The translations under genes and the position numbers were made by a program. The notes below the pieces were generated by a model that saw only the letters and a program-made list of their open reading frames with translations, was not told the DNA's origin and searched no databases. Positions 24,201-36,300 of a stretch of 64,000 bases of DNA are shown here, in pieces. Origin of the DNA: Amoebophrya sp. A120 (taxonomy: Eukaryota; Protista; Dinoflagellata); the NCBI GenBank assembly GCA_905178155.1, contig CAJINV010000002.1, positions 10,334,146 through 10,398,145 on the forward strand. Direction: 5' to 3'. The stretch's first letter is position 1. Each line of letters opens with the position of its first letter.

Positions 24201-25256
24201 AAACCGGATCGTCAGCTGCTTCACGTTGTCCGGCAGATTGAAGTGCCCCTCCAGCGAGCCCGGCCAGTTGGTGCCGGCTCCCGAACCCCCGACGCACGCC
24301 ATATAATCGTCGGTCGCGTCCGGGTCGGGGAAGTCTTTTTCCACTCTCTTTTCAATCAGCACTTCGTCCAGCGGCAGTGCCCGGCCCTCCTCCACACCGT
24401 CGGGCCCACCGAGGAAACAAGGATCGGTACCTCCGGGAAATTCCGTCGCAGGCTTCGGTTCGAGATCGTCCACCTGCCTCCTCTTTTGCAACAGCGCTGC
24501 CCCTCGTCCCGATTGAGAACCAGAGCGAGGATCATTTGGTGCGGATGATACCTGCCGCTTCAACGCAAGCTGGGTCTTTGCTGGATGCAGTGCGGATGCA
24601 GGTGGTTCAGCGACGTGGCTACGGATCTTTTTCTGCAGCAATGCAGAAGTGGGAGCGGGGGACAAAAAATCAGGCTGAAGATGCAGTCGTCCAGCTGCTC
24701 CTGCTCCTGCTGCATTCTGCTCACTCCGCGCCACCTCCCGTGCTGTGCGCTCTCGTGCGAGAAAGCTTTTGAAATCTTCTCGCTTGTTCTTTTTCGCCGC
24801 ATCTCTAGAGTTCGCTGCGATGAGACTGCTCCCGCTGTTCCTAATCCTGCTTACGCTTATTCCATCGCTGGCTCTGGTCGTGGTGGCGGTGCTGCTGGCA
24901 GGACCCGGTTAAATTTCCCCGCCAACTACAGAATAGTGCCCATCTGTAGCTAACGCTGCACCTCCGCCGCTCTCCGCTGCTGAAACTACGCGATGATAGT
25001 CTGATACGCTTTTTCTGTTCGTTAACGGCTTGGGTTGCTCCGGTGCTTTCGCGTGTTGCAACAGTGACGAGGATGGGTGTTTCCTTTCTGAGCTTGATAG
25101 AGCTCTAGACTTCGAGCGAGGCGCTTCCTGGTCGCCGAGACGCTGCTTGGAAGCAGGGCTGTGCCTGTGAAGTAAAACCCGTCCCAGCACTAAGAGGGGT
25201 AGGAGCGCCAGCTGTGAAAGAGCAAGAATCAAAAGCGATGGTCTAGAGGGCTGCAT
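18236..25256 (-). CDS. Giant (~2000 codon) receptor-like protein: signal peptide, 6-Cys domain, poly-Thr, TM, K/S/E-rich region, helical repeats; two in-frame stops (TAA 24909-24911, TAG 23478-23480)
   Basis: ORFs 24909..25340, 23478..24734, 21174..22640, 18792..21050 and 18236..18643 join via introners at 22992, 22651 and 18553, a GT-AG intron 21114-21281, and same-frame continuation through the two stops. Collinear with the paralog at 30393-37674. Confidence 0.75.
18553..18803. mobile_element. Family-A introner, 251 bp; TSD CAACA
   Basis: Family-A TIRs. Joins NGGLL|TAETMTMG. Absent at the homologous site of the paralog (NAGLGAETVTMG). Confidence 0.95.
22651..22902. mobile_element. Family-A introner, 252 bp; TSD CGTTC/CGCTC
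   Basis: Family-A TIRs. Close reverse-complement copy of 53851-54102. Confidence 0.95.
22992..23239. mobile_element. Family-B introner, 248 bp; TSD GCTCA
   Basis: TIR tatcctatgtaaaaacgtccccacaccagagt / actctggggtgggtacatttttgctcaggata. Confidence 0.95.
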
Positions 25257-26271
25257 CTTGGCGCTTGAAAATTGGAAGTATTTCACCCTGTGTTTTTCTG
25301 CTTTTTTAAGGTAGGCAGGGAATACGAGCGGGTAGACCAAAAGAAATTTGCTTGCTTCTTATCAACACTTCCCACAAGGGAGGAGGTGACGTACAACAAG
25401 GTGCGGGGGACGACAAATCAAGCAAACATGAAATCATAAAAAGACGCCATACAGAGCGTCATCATAGGAAAAGGGTAGAGAAAACCATACATCTTATTCC
25501 TGCGCGCAGTGAAGTTAAGTGAAGAAGTTAAACGCTTTATGTTTTTTTTTAAGTATGTAAATACGCACGAAAGTATTTTTTTCGTCTCGCCGGAACGGGC
25601 CCCATGTGCGCGGAAAGCAGCTTTGGACGACAGTGTGCTTTTGCAAGATCGCGATAAACACCACGTCGTGCACGAAGTGTTTTGGACTTTTGTCAGGAAG
25701 CTAGTTCCTTGGTAAGGAACGAAAGAGAGGAGCCAATCAATAGCGCTTTCTTCCTGCACGAATTCTTTTTCCGAACGAAAACGACGATTAAGAGAAAAAG
25801 ATCTGGAAGTGGAACGATACGAGGGTACAACAGCACAAGAATGAATCCGGAATCAGCTAATTTGAATCGTTTCGACCGAGTTTTGACTGCGAATAATCTT
25901 CTGGTGAAGGTGCGGATGCATCAAGCCTGGGACACAATTTGTTTGTTAGAAGCGGTAGGGTACCACGGGACACGCAACGTTGAAGAAACTTTCGTGGTTG
26001 GGTACGGGTAACACAAGTGAAAAGAAAGCGGAGGGCCTATTCAAGGGGTGTAAGTTATTTTCTTCATGTGGGTGGCGGGTTGGGGTAGTCGGGCTGAAGT
26101 TTAGTCATGTATTGATTTTCGAAATAATGAGTACGTAGGTAAGACTGATTGGTTGCTGCAAACTTCGAAACAGAAAGAATAGGGCGTTCAATGAAAATGG
26201 AGGAAGTGAAATCGAATCGTCTTCAAGGTTTTCCATTTTCCTCTGCATCACGAAAAATCCAGCAGCCTTCG

Positions 26272-27761
26272 TCAACACATTCCAAAGCAGCTGCCTTTAC
26301 TTGTCGTCGTCGTGCTGTTCGTGCTTTCTTGAACTTCGGTACTCTTCAAATTTGTGCCGATCTTGCCTGTGCAAGTTTTGTCGTCCTTCGTGGGGTACTT
26401 CGTGCACCCGCGGCGCACGCATTCGAACGCGTTGGGGGCAAACGGTTCACACGAGGTCTGCAGCTGCGCGCTCGGGAGACAGACCGCATCCACAGCCAAC
26501 CCGTTTTGCGCCAGCTCGTCTGCACCCAGGGCTTCCAACTCTTTCAACAGCGCCAACCCGGCCTCATTCAGCAGCTCGTCGTCCGACGGCCTGTCCGCCA
26601 CATCCGCAAACGTCACCATTTCACACCGCGGCAACTTGTCGCACTCGCCCGCTTCCTGTTGCATGGCACAGCCTGCCTGCTCCGTGTCCGTTGACCATTC
26701 GCGGCATTGCGAGGTGCCGCCCGCGGCGGACCCAGGTTCAAACCAGCACAAGGCATCCGCGCCCTCCTCCACTTGCTCGCAGGCTTCCTGGCCGGCGGAA
26801 CGTTCCGCGCAGGGCACGGCTGTGTAATTATGATTTTGAGTCATTTTCTATTTCTTTCGGCCACAAAAGGAGTTCGTGCAGAACGTGTTCACATTGAGGC
26901 ATTAAAACTAATAAAGGGATTTCTATGTTTGGGTGCATTTATTAGTAGGAAGAACATGATCACCGTCGATCACTATTAAGCATGAGTACCGTTCGCGCTC
27001 TGCTGGGTCTCCGAACTGTGAATCATATCACCCCCCGACGAAGTACGACCACTAGCACCGCCACCTCCACCTTCCTCCGACTCCCCCTGCGCCTGCGGAC
27101 TGGCTGTTGCCCCGCCCGTCGTTGCAGCTGCCCCGCCCGTCGAGTCTTCTGTCGAAACGGCGTCGTCCGCTATCTCCGTCGATGCGGCCGCCGACGTCGT
27201 CGAGGTTGAGGTAGTCCTCGGCCTGGGAGTCGTCACCCGCATGCTGTACGTTGGCATGGCCTTGCACTTGTACTTCGCGTTTTGTTCCTGAACGAACGTC
27301 TGGTTGACACTTGCTACACTAGGCGACGTCAGTAGGGTCGGATCGTACCGACCGCCTTGCCACGTGGGCAGGCCCACCGTCCACTTGCAGCAAGGGTCCC
27401 CCAATTCCAGCCCATTCGTCATCCCGTCCCCGTCGGAATCCTTCCGACACAGCTCGTCCGTCCAGGCGCGTCCGGCAGCGCGGAAGTCCAGGTACCACTC
27501 GTTGCAACTGTCCGTGGTGGTGGCTCCGTCGGCGTGCGCAACTACGTCACTGGTCGTGTGCCCCATGGGTTTATGCCACGCATTGCCCTCCGCGTCCACG
27601 CCCAATTCGGGAATGTTGACGCCATTGGGAATCTTCTTCAAAAAGACACTGTAGGCGCGGACAGAGAGAAGCGGCGAGGCGGTGTAGTTCTGGAGGGCTA
27701 CCAGAAGTGCAAGAAACGTGCTAATCTTCATCCTCCTCGAAAAGGAAACAATGTTGTTCAT
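26272..27761 (-). CDS. Secreted temptin-like protein (temptin Cys domain, S/T/G linker, probable second Cys-rich exon via intron 26820-26989)
   Basis: Signal peptide, then Y..F...IPNG..GH..N...LDF...WT..LC..DSDGDG.TNG.ELGDPCC.W, the temptin signature. G|gtactc...acacag|CC joins in frame to ORF 26272..26844. Confidence 0.7.
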
Positions 27762-28306
27762 TTTCGCAGAATTTCGTATGTCAGTGAGAGTGACGGCGCT
27801 TCAGTTCCGTTATTAGCCGTAGCGGGGGGAGTATAATCGATACTCACAGATGCAGTGGCAGTGGAAAGATCACAAGTCAACAGGAGAGACTGCTGCTTTT
27901 TTTCGTATGGGATGCGGATGATTTATCGTTTCCTTATCCAGGTCGGGCCCACAAACAACAACACGACCAAATTGTTCCCAAACAACGACACAAAGTACGA
28001 AAACGAAGACTGACGACGAGGATAAGTGCTTGTAGAGATAGCTTTGGGACGACAGGCTATTTATATATATTTACCTGGAAGACGAAGACTTCTGCAGAGC
28101 ACGAGAGGACCTTGCATTTCAATTTCAATTTCCTACCTTTTCTGCTACTTGCTAACTTGCCTCTTCCGAACGAACGGACGAAAACCTTTATCACGACCTA
28201 TGGAAGAAAAGAAAACGATAGTTAACCCCAAAACCGTAAGTTGAGACTGTAGCTGCCTGCCCCGCCGGGAGATTTTTCCAACGACGTACGCGCGCACCGT
28301 TTTTGC

Positions 28307-30258
28307 ATTGTACGTAGACAAAACGCAGGCTTTCCTTTTTCGACCTTTAATACACACTTCTTCCTGTGCGCGCGGTCGTCTTGCATGTCACATGCCTCTG
28401 TCGAAAAAAATTTCGGCGCACGTTACAAAAGCCTGCAGACGTGAAGCGGTAACACAATCAGTTGTTGAGAAAGAATGGCTTAAGAACAATCTAAACTCCG
28501 ACGAGTTTCGTGTAGTCACCCAAATATCACAACAGCCTTTGCATGTAATGCGTCCTCTTGTCATGTCCAGTACAAGCTGATGCTGATGTACCTGTGCAAC
28601 TACGCAGGATATGCAACTACAGGGCATATGCAACTAAGCAGGATCTGCCGTTACTGGGTTGGGCATGTAGTGGAGCGAGTGTAGGATATGCAGTAGCATT
28701 TGTTGGTGTAGTATCACAGTGGAGCAGGGCATGCAGTATGGCTAACAAAAAGTCGAAACAAGAGCAGTAACAAACACTAGATGCGGGGGGCTGGATTCGA
28801 ACAGAGTATGCTCTTGTAGTTCTGGTTCTGCTTGAGCACGGGAAAAAGGGAGTAAGTCAAATACTACTTCGCGGGAACTACTTGTCTTTGGAAGATGTGA
28901 CTCTACTACTCATAATGAACAATAGATGGCCTCGCAGCAGTTGACCGCCTGCAACTGCACGACATCGACCCCACGTAATACGAGGGACCGACGTCAGAAA
29001 AAATACCGGTTCACATACGGGTACGACTGTACTTTAACTTTCTAAAATAAGGGTATGGCGTTCTTCTTCGGGCACTGACAACGTCATATATTGCAATGTA
29101 AAATCAAAATAGAAAAACAACTGAGGATAGATTACAGTAAAGAAGTAGAAAGAAACCACTGAGCTTCATAGTAAAAGGTCCGCCAAGAACGCTTGAAACT
29201 AGACTAAACCGCTCCTTCTACTTCGAAAAGCACATGTTTGTGCAATAACTGGTGGCGTCCGGTTGATCCTTGACTACAAAGCCATCCATACACGTGTCAA
29301 CACACGCGACCTGCTGGGACGGCTGCTGGGTCGCACAAAAAGTGGATTGCTCGTTTTTCGAGGTGCAACAGGTGTCGCAGTAGGCTGCTGCTCGGCCGTC
29401 GTATTTCGCTTTCGGGTATGACGCTTCACAGTTAACGACACACTCCCCGTAGTCTGCCTCCCAGAACAGTCGATGAGTCCGCCCACTTCCCTGGTCAACG
29501 CGCTGCTGCTCCATGAAACCGCTCGGCGCCGTTTCTCGGCCGACCCAAAAATGCGTCGGCGTCGGCTCCTTCTTGTTCGTCATAGCGCCGGAGACGACTC
29601 CAAACCCCCCAAGGGGGACAGCAGTAGCGACGATAGTGGCCTTCTTCAGCATCCTCTTGGTTTTCCTTTTCACACGTACTACAAAGATAATCTTTGCGCT
29701 GTACTTCTTTCGCGGAAAGATGATCTTCTGAAGGCAGCAGCTTTTAAGAGCCCTAGGCCTAGGTAGGTAGCTTGTTGAACTTAAGCGGTAACAGCACCTT
29801 CAATGTGCTTGGAGTTCTACTTGTGCTTCGTGCTTGTTTTTATTCCCGTCGAGGACCTTTTTGATGAGAAAAAGAAGTTGGGACCTGTTCTGCAACAGAA
29901 GAAAGAGCGAGATAAACACTCCTTCAAGACACTGACGATCGTGGCTGTATGCAAAACAAACGAAAAGGAACGCGACGATTTCGGTGGAGTTGAGCTGGAC
30001 GTATACATGCGATTTGCTTTAGGTTTCGAACCACGTGTCTGACGTTCATGTTGTACTGTACGTAGGCAAGGCTTTCCTTTTCAGAGGATACGAATACATC
30101 TCTTTCACCGTGCGTGCGGTCGTAGAGTCAGCATTTCAGATACGTAGGTATGTCGAAAAGCAGTTCTACGAGTACTCGGCGAACGACACAAAAGCGTACG
30201 GACGTGGTGTAGCAAAACAACGCCTCATTGAGAAAGAATGTCTTGGGATGAACAATCT
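28307..30258. repeat. Diverged ~190-200-bp direct repeats (28307-28491 and 30052-30258) flanking a small gene
   Basis: Shared blocks in the same order: tgtacgtag..aggctttcctttt, gtgcgYgcggtcgt, tgtcgaaaa, tcggcgMacg..acaaaagc, ttgagaaagaatg..gaacaatct. Confidence 0.7.
29218..29673 (-). CDS. Small secreted Cys-rich protein
   Basis: Hydrophobic N-terminus. C-terminal CxxxC...YCxxCC...CxxxC...YCxxxC pattern. Confidence 0.65.
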   Translation of the reverse strand: MKRKTKRMLKKATIVATAVPLGGFGVVSGAMTNKKEPTPTHFWVGRETAPSGFMEQQRVDQGSGRTHRLFWEADYGECVVNCEASYPKAKYDGRAAAYCDTCCTSKNEQSTFCATQQPSQQVACVDTCMDGFVVKDQPDATSYCTNMCFSK

Positions 30259-30392
30259 TCCGTATACGGGACGAAGTAGAAACAAATCACGGCGCTCCGA
30301 AGAAGATTCATGCGGGGCGAAGAAGAAAATGGAGTCATCCAGATAATTAATTTCTACTTCAACAAGAAGTACACTTACATGAACATGTCTAA

Positions 30393-33300
30393 CTACTTCG
30401 CACTTTCGTTCTGTTCCAGTATTTTCTTTTTCGCTGCCTGTCTTCTGTTCGCCGGCGCGTCTTGCATTTGACGAGGGTCGAAATTGTCAAAACCGCCGGA
30501 CGTGAGATCGCTGATGGGTACCGCCCCTGAAATCATCCCGGACTGCAGCGAATGCATGGCGAAGGACTGCACCAACGACATCCCGCCCGCTCCGCCCGCG
30601 TAGTTCGCGAACGACATCGGCGACAGGGATTGAATGAAGCACTGACTCTGCACCTGCATCAGTTTCCCCGTCAGGTCACCCATGGTGACGGTCTCTGCGC
30701 CTAAGCCCGCATTGATAACCGCCATCTTCGTCTCCTCGTCCAGTGCCTCGTCCGCGTTGCCGTGCTTCTCGGCCATTTTCTTTGCGAGCTTCCGTGCCTG
30801 TCGTCTCTCGAAACCAACAGCGAGAAGGGCGGTTTCGGCCTCCTGCTCCATAATAGCAACCACCTCTTCCGGCGCCGGAGCGGCGGTGAGCTCGTCGTAC
30901 TGATGTTCATCTTCTGCCGCGTCTACTGGTGCTTGGGACGCCGGTCCTGGTGCTCGGATTACGTCGCTCGTGGAAATTGTTCGTGAGGACTTCCTACGGC
31001 TCTTGCGAGTCTGCTGGTCTTGTTCACGTAGAGGGTCGTGGTCATCCCTCGCGGGTAGAGATTTCGCTATTCCTATGTCTTGCTCCAACAGCGGCTCCCC
31101 TAACGCTCCGTCCGCGAAGTGGAGTTCTTCTTCCTCTTGTTCCGGACCCAAAAGACAGCAACAGCACAGCCGCATAATGGCAGATGGCGGCGCAGCTTTC
31201 CGCCTGGGTTCTGCTTTCATACCTTCGAGAGGACCCTCTGCGGCCGGCGGTGATCCCACAAGTTGCTCTGGTCTGCTCCCCGCCGCTGTTGATCGCCGAG
31301 ACGCCCGCTGCCGACTCCTTCTCGCGTCCAGTTCTCTCTCCGCCTGTTCTAATTGTTTCCCCAGGTAGGTTTCCACATGCGTCTCCAAGTCGTCCTCGAT
31401 GCGGTCAGTCAATTTCAACAGGAGTCTGTCACCGTCTGCGGCACCTGCTTTGTCGACTCCCAACGCTGACAGCACTTTCTCCCCCTCCACTCCCTCCTTG
31501 TCGAGAATAATACTCTGAAGCTTCACTGCGTCTTTTTCCACCACCGCTTTGGCGACCTTCTTCGCAACCGCGGGCTCGAACCCCTGCAGGGTTAAGACCT
31601 TCTCTGCATTCCCAAAGTCCACGTCCACCGCTCGCATGGCCGACAGATTTAGAGACACGCGCTTCTGCGCGATGCGCTTCTTCACGAACGTTTCCAGCGC
31701 AACCGCCTTCTCGGGCTCTCCGAAACTGAAATTTTCGAGCAGCTGCAACTCGTGGTCGGAAAAAATTGCCTCCGCTCTCAACTCCTCCAGATCGGCATCG
31801 TTCTTGATGTCTGCCAGTTTTCGTGCGGTTTCCTTCGAGAAGCCGATGGCTACGAGCGCCGCCTCCTTCTCGCCGAAATCCGGGAATACTTGCTGGAGCG
31901 CGAGTTCCTGTTGGTCCAGTTGCCGGTCCAGTTTTTGGTTCAAGAAGGAGCGCAAGTTGCCCACGGTCTCCGCTTCGCCGAACTACAGGCCCAGTTGCCT
32001 TAGCACCTGCATATCCCGCTCTGTCTTCGCGTCCGACAGTGGCGTTTCGGCGGATAAATTCGCATCCGCAGCCTGCTTCGCCAACTTCCTGGCGTACTGT
32101 TTCGCCATGCCCGCGGAAATGAGCGCTTTTTCTGCTATGGTCTCCTCGATGGTAAGAGTAGGCAGTAAATGGTTATTCTCGAAGTCCTTCTTCACCGCGT
32201 GTCTCACCCACGCAGACCATTGCACGCCAGTTTCTGTTCCGCCGAATCCGAGGGTCTTTAGGAGGTTCAACGTCGGTTCATCAACGTCCTGAAAGATCGA
32301 ATCCGCTGTGACGCGATCCCGTGTTTCGACGATCTTCGTCGCCAGCCTAGTTGCTGAAATCGCACTGATTCCGGCTCTGACGAGCGCCTTCTCCGCATCT
32401 GAGCGGTCGAATTGGAACGTTGTTTCCTTCGTTTGCAAGTCCAGTAGTTTTGTTGCTTTCCCGTGCTTCGCATCCGCCGCTGCTTTCACCCAGCCGCGCA
32501 GCCGGCTGGCGCTCTCCCCGCTACCGAAACCGAGGCTGGCAAGAACCTCCAGGTCTTGCGATGTGTCCACCGGGAGCGTGTACAGGGTCTCCGTACTGAG
32601 GTCCGCGAGCCGCCGCGCCAGCGTCTTCGCTCCTTTCTGCGTCAACCCCGCGCGTAGCAGCACCTCTTGCATCTCCCCGCGGTCCGGGAGCGCGACGACG
32701 GGCATCGCGCGCAAATTTGAGGGCGCGCGGTTTCTGAACGCGCTCTTGCGGTTCTTCTTAACCGCTACCTCCACGCCGACCGCTGCTTCCGCAGCGCTAG
32801 CGCGGATGGCAGTTTCAACCGTGTTCTCCTTCTTTAGCTCCTTCAGACGTTTCTTGTGCTCTCGCACGGCGCCGCGCATCTTGCCGACCGTTTCCCCAGG
32901 GCCGAGGCCCAGCTCCTGCAGCTTCTGCACGTCCACGCCGGACGGAGGATCGTCCGGTAGCGTCAGGCCCGCGTCCAAACCTTCATCTGCCAAAAAGGCC
33001 GCCAGCCGTGCGGCGTACTCCTTCTCCACCCCAGCCTTACGCAGCGTTCGCTCCGCGTCGGTCTTGTCCAGCGGGCTGACTTGCTTTGCCTGTTCCTTTT
33101 TCAACGCCGAGTCAGCCTTTTTCAGTTTCTTGACGGCCAGTCGAGCCTCCTTCTCGTCCAACTCCACAACGTCGGATGGGTCAGCTTTTTGCTTGCTCTC
33201 CTTGGCTTTCTTCATTTCCATCTTCTTCTGCTCCTTCCTTTCGTTTTCCGCCTCGATCGCCCGACCGAGTTCTAGCCGCAGGTTTCCAAAGTTGTCCATT

Positions 33301-36300
33301 GCTTCTTCCGTTAGTCCGATCTGCCGGAGCTGTTGCCTGTCCGATTCGGCGAGCTCCTCCTCTGGGTCTGCCCCCGGGTCCACGAGCTTCTTCGCGATTT
33401 TTTTCGCCAAGTCTTTGTCCAAGTTTCGCTTCCGCAGAAGCCGCGCGTAATCGTCACGCGTCGGCAAACCCTCGTCCCGCAGCTCCTGTTCCCGCGCTTG
33501 TTGCTTCTCCTTGTATTGTCTTTTCCTCTCGGCTTTTTGGCTCTGTCGCTGCTCGCGCTGCGCTGCCGTTTCATCGACTGCAGCAACTCCCTCAGTGTGG
33601 AACAGACCCATGTCCACAGCCACCTCCTCACCGTCCGAAGAGGATGAACTAGCACTCTTCTTCGCGTCAGAATCACCGTCCTCTTCTGTGGATCTAGTTT
33701 GCGCCGGCAGATTTTTTTCTCCGCCGAGGACCTTGCCCTGGGGTAGAGTTGAATGCCCGCCATCGGGCTCTGGTGGCACTTCCAGTTTTCCTTTTGCTGG
33801 TGTCCCAGTTTTCTTGAAGCTTTTCGTCTTTTTTGGCGTCAACTTCTTTTTCTCCCGGAGGCCTTTTGACGTCACCGCGCCCTTGAAGTCCTCCTCTGAT
33901 TCCTCCTCCCCGGTCTCCTCCTCCTGTGTGTCCTCTGTTTTAGCTGCGGCTTTTTTCTTTCCTTTCGCCTTGGCTTTCGGAGCTTTTTTCAGGCCGCCAT
34001 ACTTCGCCGAGGACTGGCAGCTGCTTGCGTCGTCGCTCAAAGTCGTATCGTTCCTGGTCAATTCGCCGGCCTCGAGTTGACGTGCCGCATCCAGAGACAT
34101 GGTTCCCGGTGCGGCTATTTTTGGAATCGCCGGACTGGTAACATCTTGACTTCCGCGGCGCATCTCTGTAAAGGTCCTGGTGTCATCCTTGATGAGCGCT
34201 CGCACACTCTCGAGCGCAGCTGCAGGCGCACCCACGATATTCAGTCCCGCGGCTTCCATCTGCTGTTTGTCTTTTGCGGTCGCTGGAACGGGCATTTTCG
34301 CCCTGCCAGGAGCGGTGTCGTCGTTGTTCAGCGCCTTGGCTAGCTTCCGCGCGTATTTTTGGCTGATGGCGAGGCGTCCCATAAGGTCCGCCGCGGTGCT
34401 CTCTTCTACCGGCGAGAGCGGAGCGTCCGCTTTTTTGGCCTTCGCTTTAGGTTTCCTCTTCGGCTTGCCTGCTTCAGGGCTGGAACTAGAACTACCGCCG
34501 GATGCATCATCTTCCGGCGCGGACTCGGTACCAACTTCATCGGGCGTGGCCATCGCCTTTGCGGCTCTGTTCGCTCGTCTCTGCGCAACCGCGTCCCGCC
34601 CGCGACTGGAATCAGTTTCCTCCTCCGTAGTTTCCGGTGCGGCGCCGCCCGGCTTTGCTGCGGAAGCCGCCCTGCTTTTTTCCTTGCGCCGCTGCAAAGC
34701 ATCTGCTCCCGCAGGAGGGTCCGCCGCTTCCGCGAGATCGTCAGCGGGTTCGGCGACAAAAGGTTCCTCATCTTCATTGGAATGCAGTGCTAGCGCCGCG
34801 AGTCCGAACAGCTTGTCTTCTTCCGTCAATGTCCCGGGCTTGTCCGGCTTTATCACAGTCCTAAGTTCTGCCCGCCCCGCAGTCATAGTTTCGTCGCCAG
34901 CGTGAAACTGGCCCGGCCTATCCCCCGGGTCGTCGTGGTCCGAACCCGGCAGTTTTTTCGTTCTTTCCATTTTCTTTTCCTTCCGGGCCAATGCACGTTC
35001 CCGGCGATCGGCCCGATAATTGGCGCTGGAGTCCGAGTCGACGTCGCTATCGGTTGCCACATTCGCCCCTCCCGCCTTTCCGCGTCGCCGATCTCTTCGC
35101 CCTTGCGCTCGTTCCCGTCGCCCTGGCGAACCTCCGCCGCGGGATATGACAATGAAAAACACCCCCACCCCCGAACTTGAGAGCATTTGTATTGCAAACC
35201 TTTCCAAATGAAACATACGCCCTCTTACATCTATGAGCATCGCAGGTTTCCAATCGTGAATAGCAAAAATTTGTATTGCAAAAGACCCCAGCAAGAGCGG
35301 CGCTTGTCATGCAAGACATGCGATACGTGCCTAGACTCTGCATCAGAAAGATTCATACTCCTTTCATGCATGACAAAAAGTTTTCATTTGGAAACTTCGC
35401 ATCACAAATTGTTGCAACTCTGGGGGTGGGGGCATTTTTCACTGTAATACGGGAGCTGTGCGAGTCAGTTGAGTCGGAGTCGTAAGTTGACGTTTCGTCG
35501 TCGCCCGTGCCGAAGTCACCCGCGGACTGCCAAGGGCGATCGCGCCGGCGACCCGTGCCGTCGTTGCCTTGTCCATCGTCGTCGTCGTCATCCGGCCTGT
35601 CATCGTCCAACCTGTCTTGCTCTTGCCGCAACCGCTCCGCGAAGCTGATTCCCGCCTCGTCAGGGGTCTGGCGGAGCACGACGTGCACCGCCGCCGCCGA
35701 AGTACAGCAGAGAAAGAACAGACACGCGCCGACAAGCATCAGCCACATGCCGCAAACGTCTGTTTTATATGAAATGCACGGACTAAGTGGGCTTGAGATT
35801 AGCAAACAGGCTGAGTAAAATGGAGACCTCTGCTGACGCCACCGAACGCTAAGCAACAGACACAAACTTCGAAAATCTCAAAAAAAATAAAAGCTCTTCC
35901 CGGACCTTTCTGAGTCTACTGTCATATGTTCTTCGTATTCCACATCATCGTCAACATCATCAGAAAAAAGCCTGAGAATTACCTTCTGGAGGGGCTCCGA
36001 CTAACAAGAGAACTACCGTTGTTGTCGTTGTGGTAGTCGTGGTCGTGGTGGTTGTTGTGGTGGTCGTCGTTGTGGTGGTAGTCGTCGTGGTTGTCGTTGT
36101 TGTGGTAGTGGTCGTGGTGCTAGTAGTTGTCGTAGTCGTGGTGGTTGTCGAACTCACGCAGGCGTAGACGCGGGCGCAGGTGAGCCCCTGGTTATCTTTT
36201 TCTTCAGTGGCCCAGAGATTCTCCGCGTGCACTATTTTGTAGTCGTGGTCCGGCTCAAAGTCCTGGTCCTCGTTCCGAAAGTGGATATCTTGCTTCCAGT

